Below are positions 63,177-64,000 of a DNA stretch of 64,000 nucleotides, in pieces. Made by a program: the position numbers and the translations under genes. Position 1 is the first letter of the stretch, and each line of letters starts with the position of its first letter. Location of the stretch: assembly GCF_000315625.1 (NCBI RefSeq), contig NW_005434650.1:628369-692368 (forward strand). The letters run 5' to 3'. The stretch comes from Guillardia theta CCMP2712 (taxonomy: Eukaryota > Protista > Cryptophyta). The notes below the pieces were generated by a model. That model was not told the DNA's origin. It did no database searches and worked only from the letters and a program-made list of their open reading frames with translations.

Positions 63177-63910
63177 CCATGCCCTGCGTCTGCCTTCCTA
63201 CTTACACCTCTTCCTCCTCCCTTCCTCCTCCCTTCCTTCCCCAGCACAACTTGCTCCCCTCCCCTGCTCTCTCTGCCTCTTTCTGCTCCACAGCCTCCCT
63301 CTACCCCTTTCTGATCCTTCTTACCCAAAGTCTGACGGCGATGGTAGCCGAGCCATCATGTCTCAGCGCCGTGCTGAGCAGAAGATTGCCTGCGAAACTT
63401 CAGCAACCCAGAGTCTTCCTACATCCTCCTCCTCCTCCTTCTCACCTTCCTGCTGCAGACAACATCGCGCCTCTGCTTCTTCCGAGCCTTTACAGTCAGT
63501 GAAAGATGCAGAAGGCTTCTTGCATAGGCCAGCTTGTGCTTGCGACAGGTCCCAAACCTGACAAAGATAAAGAGGGTGAGAAAAGAAATGAATATGAGGA
63601 GAGAATTGTGAGGCGATGGTGGGGAAAACAACACGAAGGAGAAGGGGAATGACGAGTTTGATCAATATGATGATCACAATGATAATTGAAGGGTAAAAAT
63701 GCAGAAAGAGAAGAAAGAGCGGAAGATGTGGAGGGAGGAGGACGACAAGGGAGTTGGAGGAACGATTGACGGAGGAGGAGGAGGAGGAGGAGGAGGAGGA
63801 GGAGGAGCTTTACAAGACTCCGTCTCACCATGAGAGTCGCTGGGTCATGACCAGTGATGAGATGTCCGGGGCCGTTGGGGTCAGAGATGAGGCAGGAGGA
63901 GCGAACCTAC
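62612..63910 (-). CDS. WD40-like repeat protein, 3' part only (gene starts beyond the window); stop uncertain
   Basis: Spliced pieces GHLITGHDPATLM|VWDL.., LLLSTALRHDGSATIAVRLW, ASCLHVRGKFVAMGSMDGWVTLL. Confidence 0.5.
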
Positions 63911-64000
63911 AAGTTGCCTCATGCGATGGGAGGGAGGGAGGGAGGGAGGGGAGGGAGGGAGGGAGGGGGGAGGGGGGGGGGGTAGGACGGAACGGAGGGA

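Overview
Gene-dense eukaryotic nuclear DNA with many ~45-55 bp spliceosomal introns, purine/pyrimidine microsatellites and two 100-N gaps (30021-30120, 59193-59292). The short introns, signal peptide+LRGG leaders and ciliary genes suggest a cryptophyte alga (Guillardia/Hanusia-like); this is an inference. About 22 protein-coding genes can be reconstructed by hand: ankyrin protein, RPLP1, NEK kinase, LRRC23, MTG1/RbgA GTPase, C2-WD40-MIB/HERC2 protein, TrmH/SpoU methyltransferase, helical-bundle pseudokinase, MAP2K, CinA/MPTb-domain protein, orphan membrane/coiled-coil protein, TPR-GT41 O-glycosyltransferase, SR/RRM protein, PHD-GT41 protein, PIG3-like quinone oxidoreductase, UBL-AN1-DUF962 protein, giant coiled-coil/ankyrin protein, eIF1, SEN2, GH2 beta-galactosidase, BI-1/TMBIM and a partial WD40 protein. 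No rRNA, tRNA or CRISPR was recognised. Most notable: (1) an intronless 1650-aa O-GlcNAc-transferase-like protein whose TPR array is replaced by two PHD fingers, with an altered active-site Lys, near a conventional TPR-GT41 gene; (2) an MLKL-like 4-helix-bundle+pseudokinase; (3) signal peptide+LRGG leaders on proteins with nucleocytoplasmic domains; (4) C2+MIB/HERC2 inserted inside one WD40 blade; (5) recurrent oriented GGGGTA-rich and GC-palindromic upstream elements. Exon boundaries and domain calls are by eye from recalled motifs; no searches were run.
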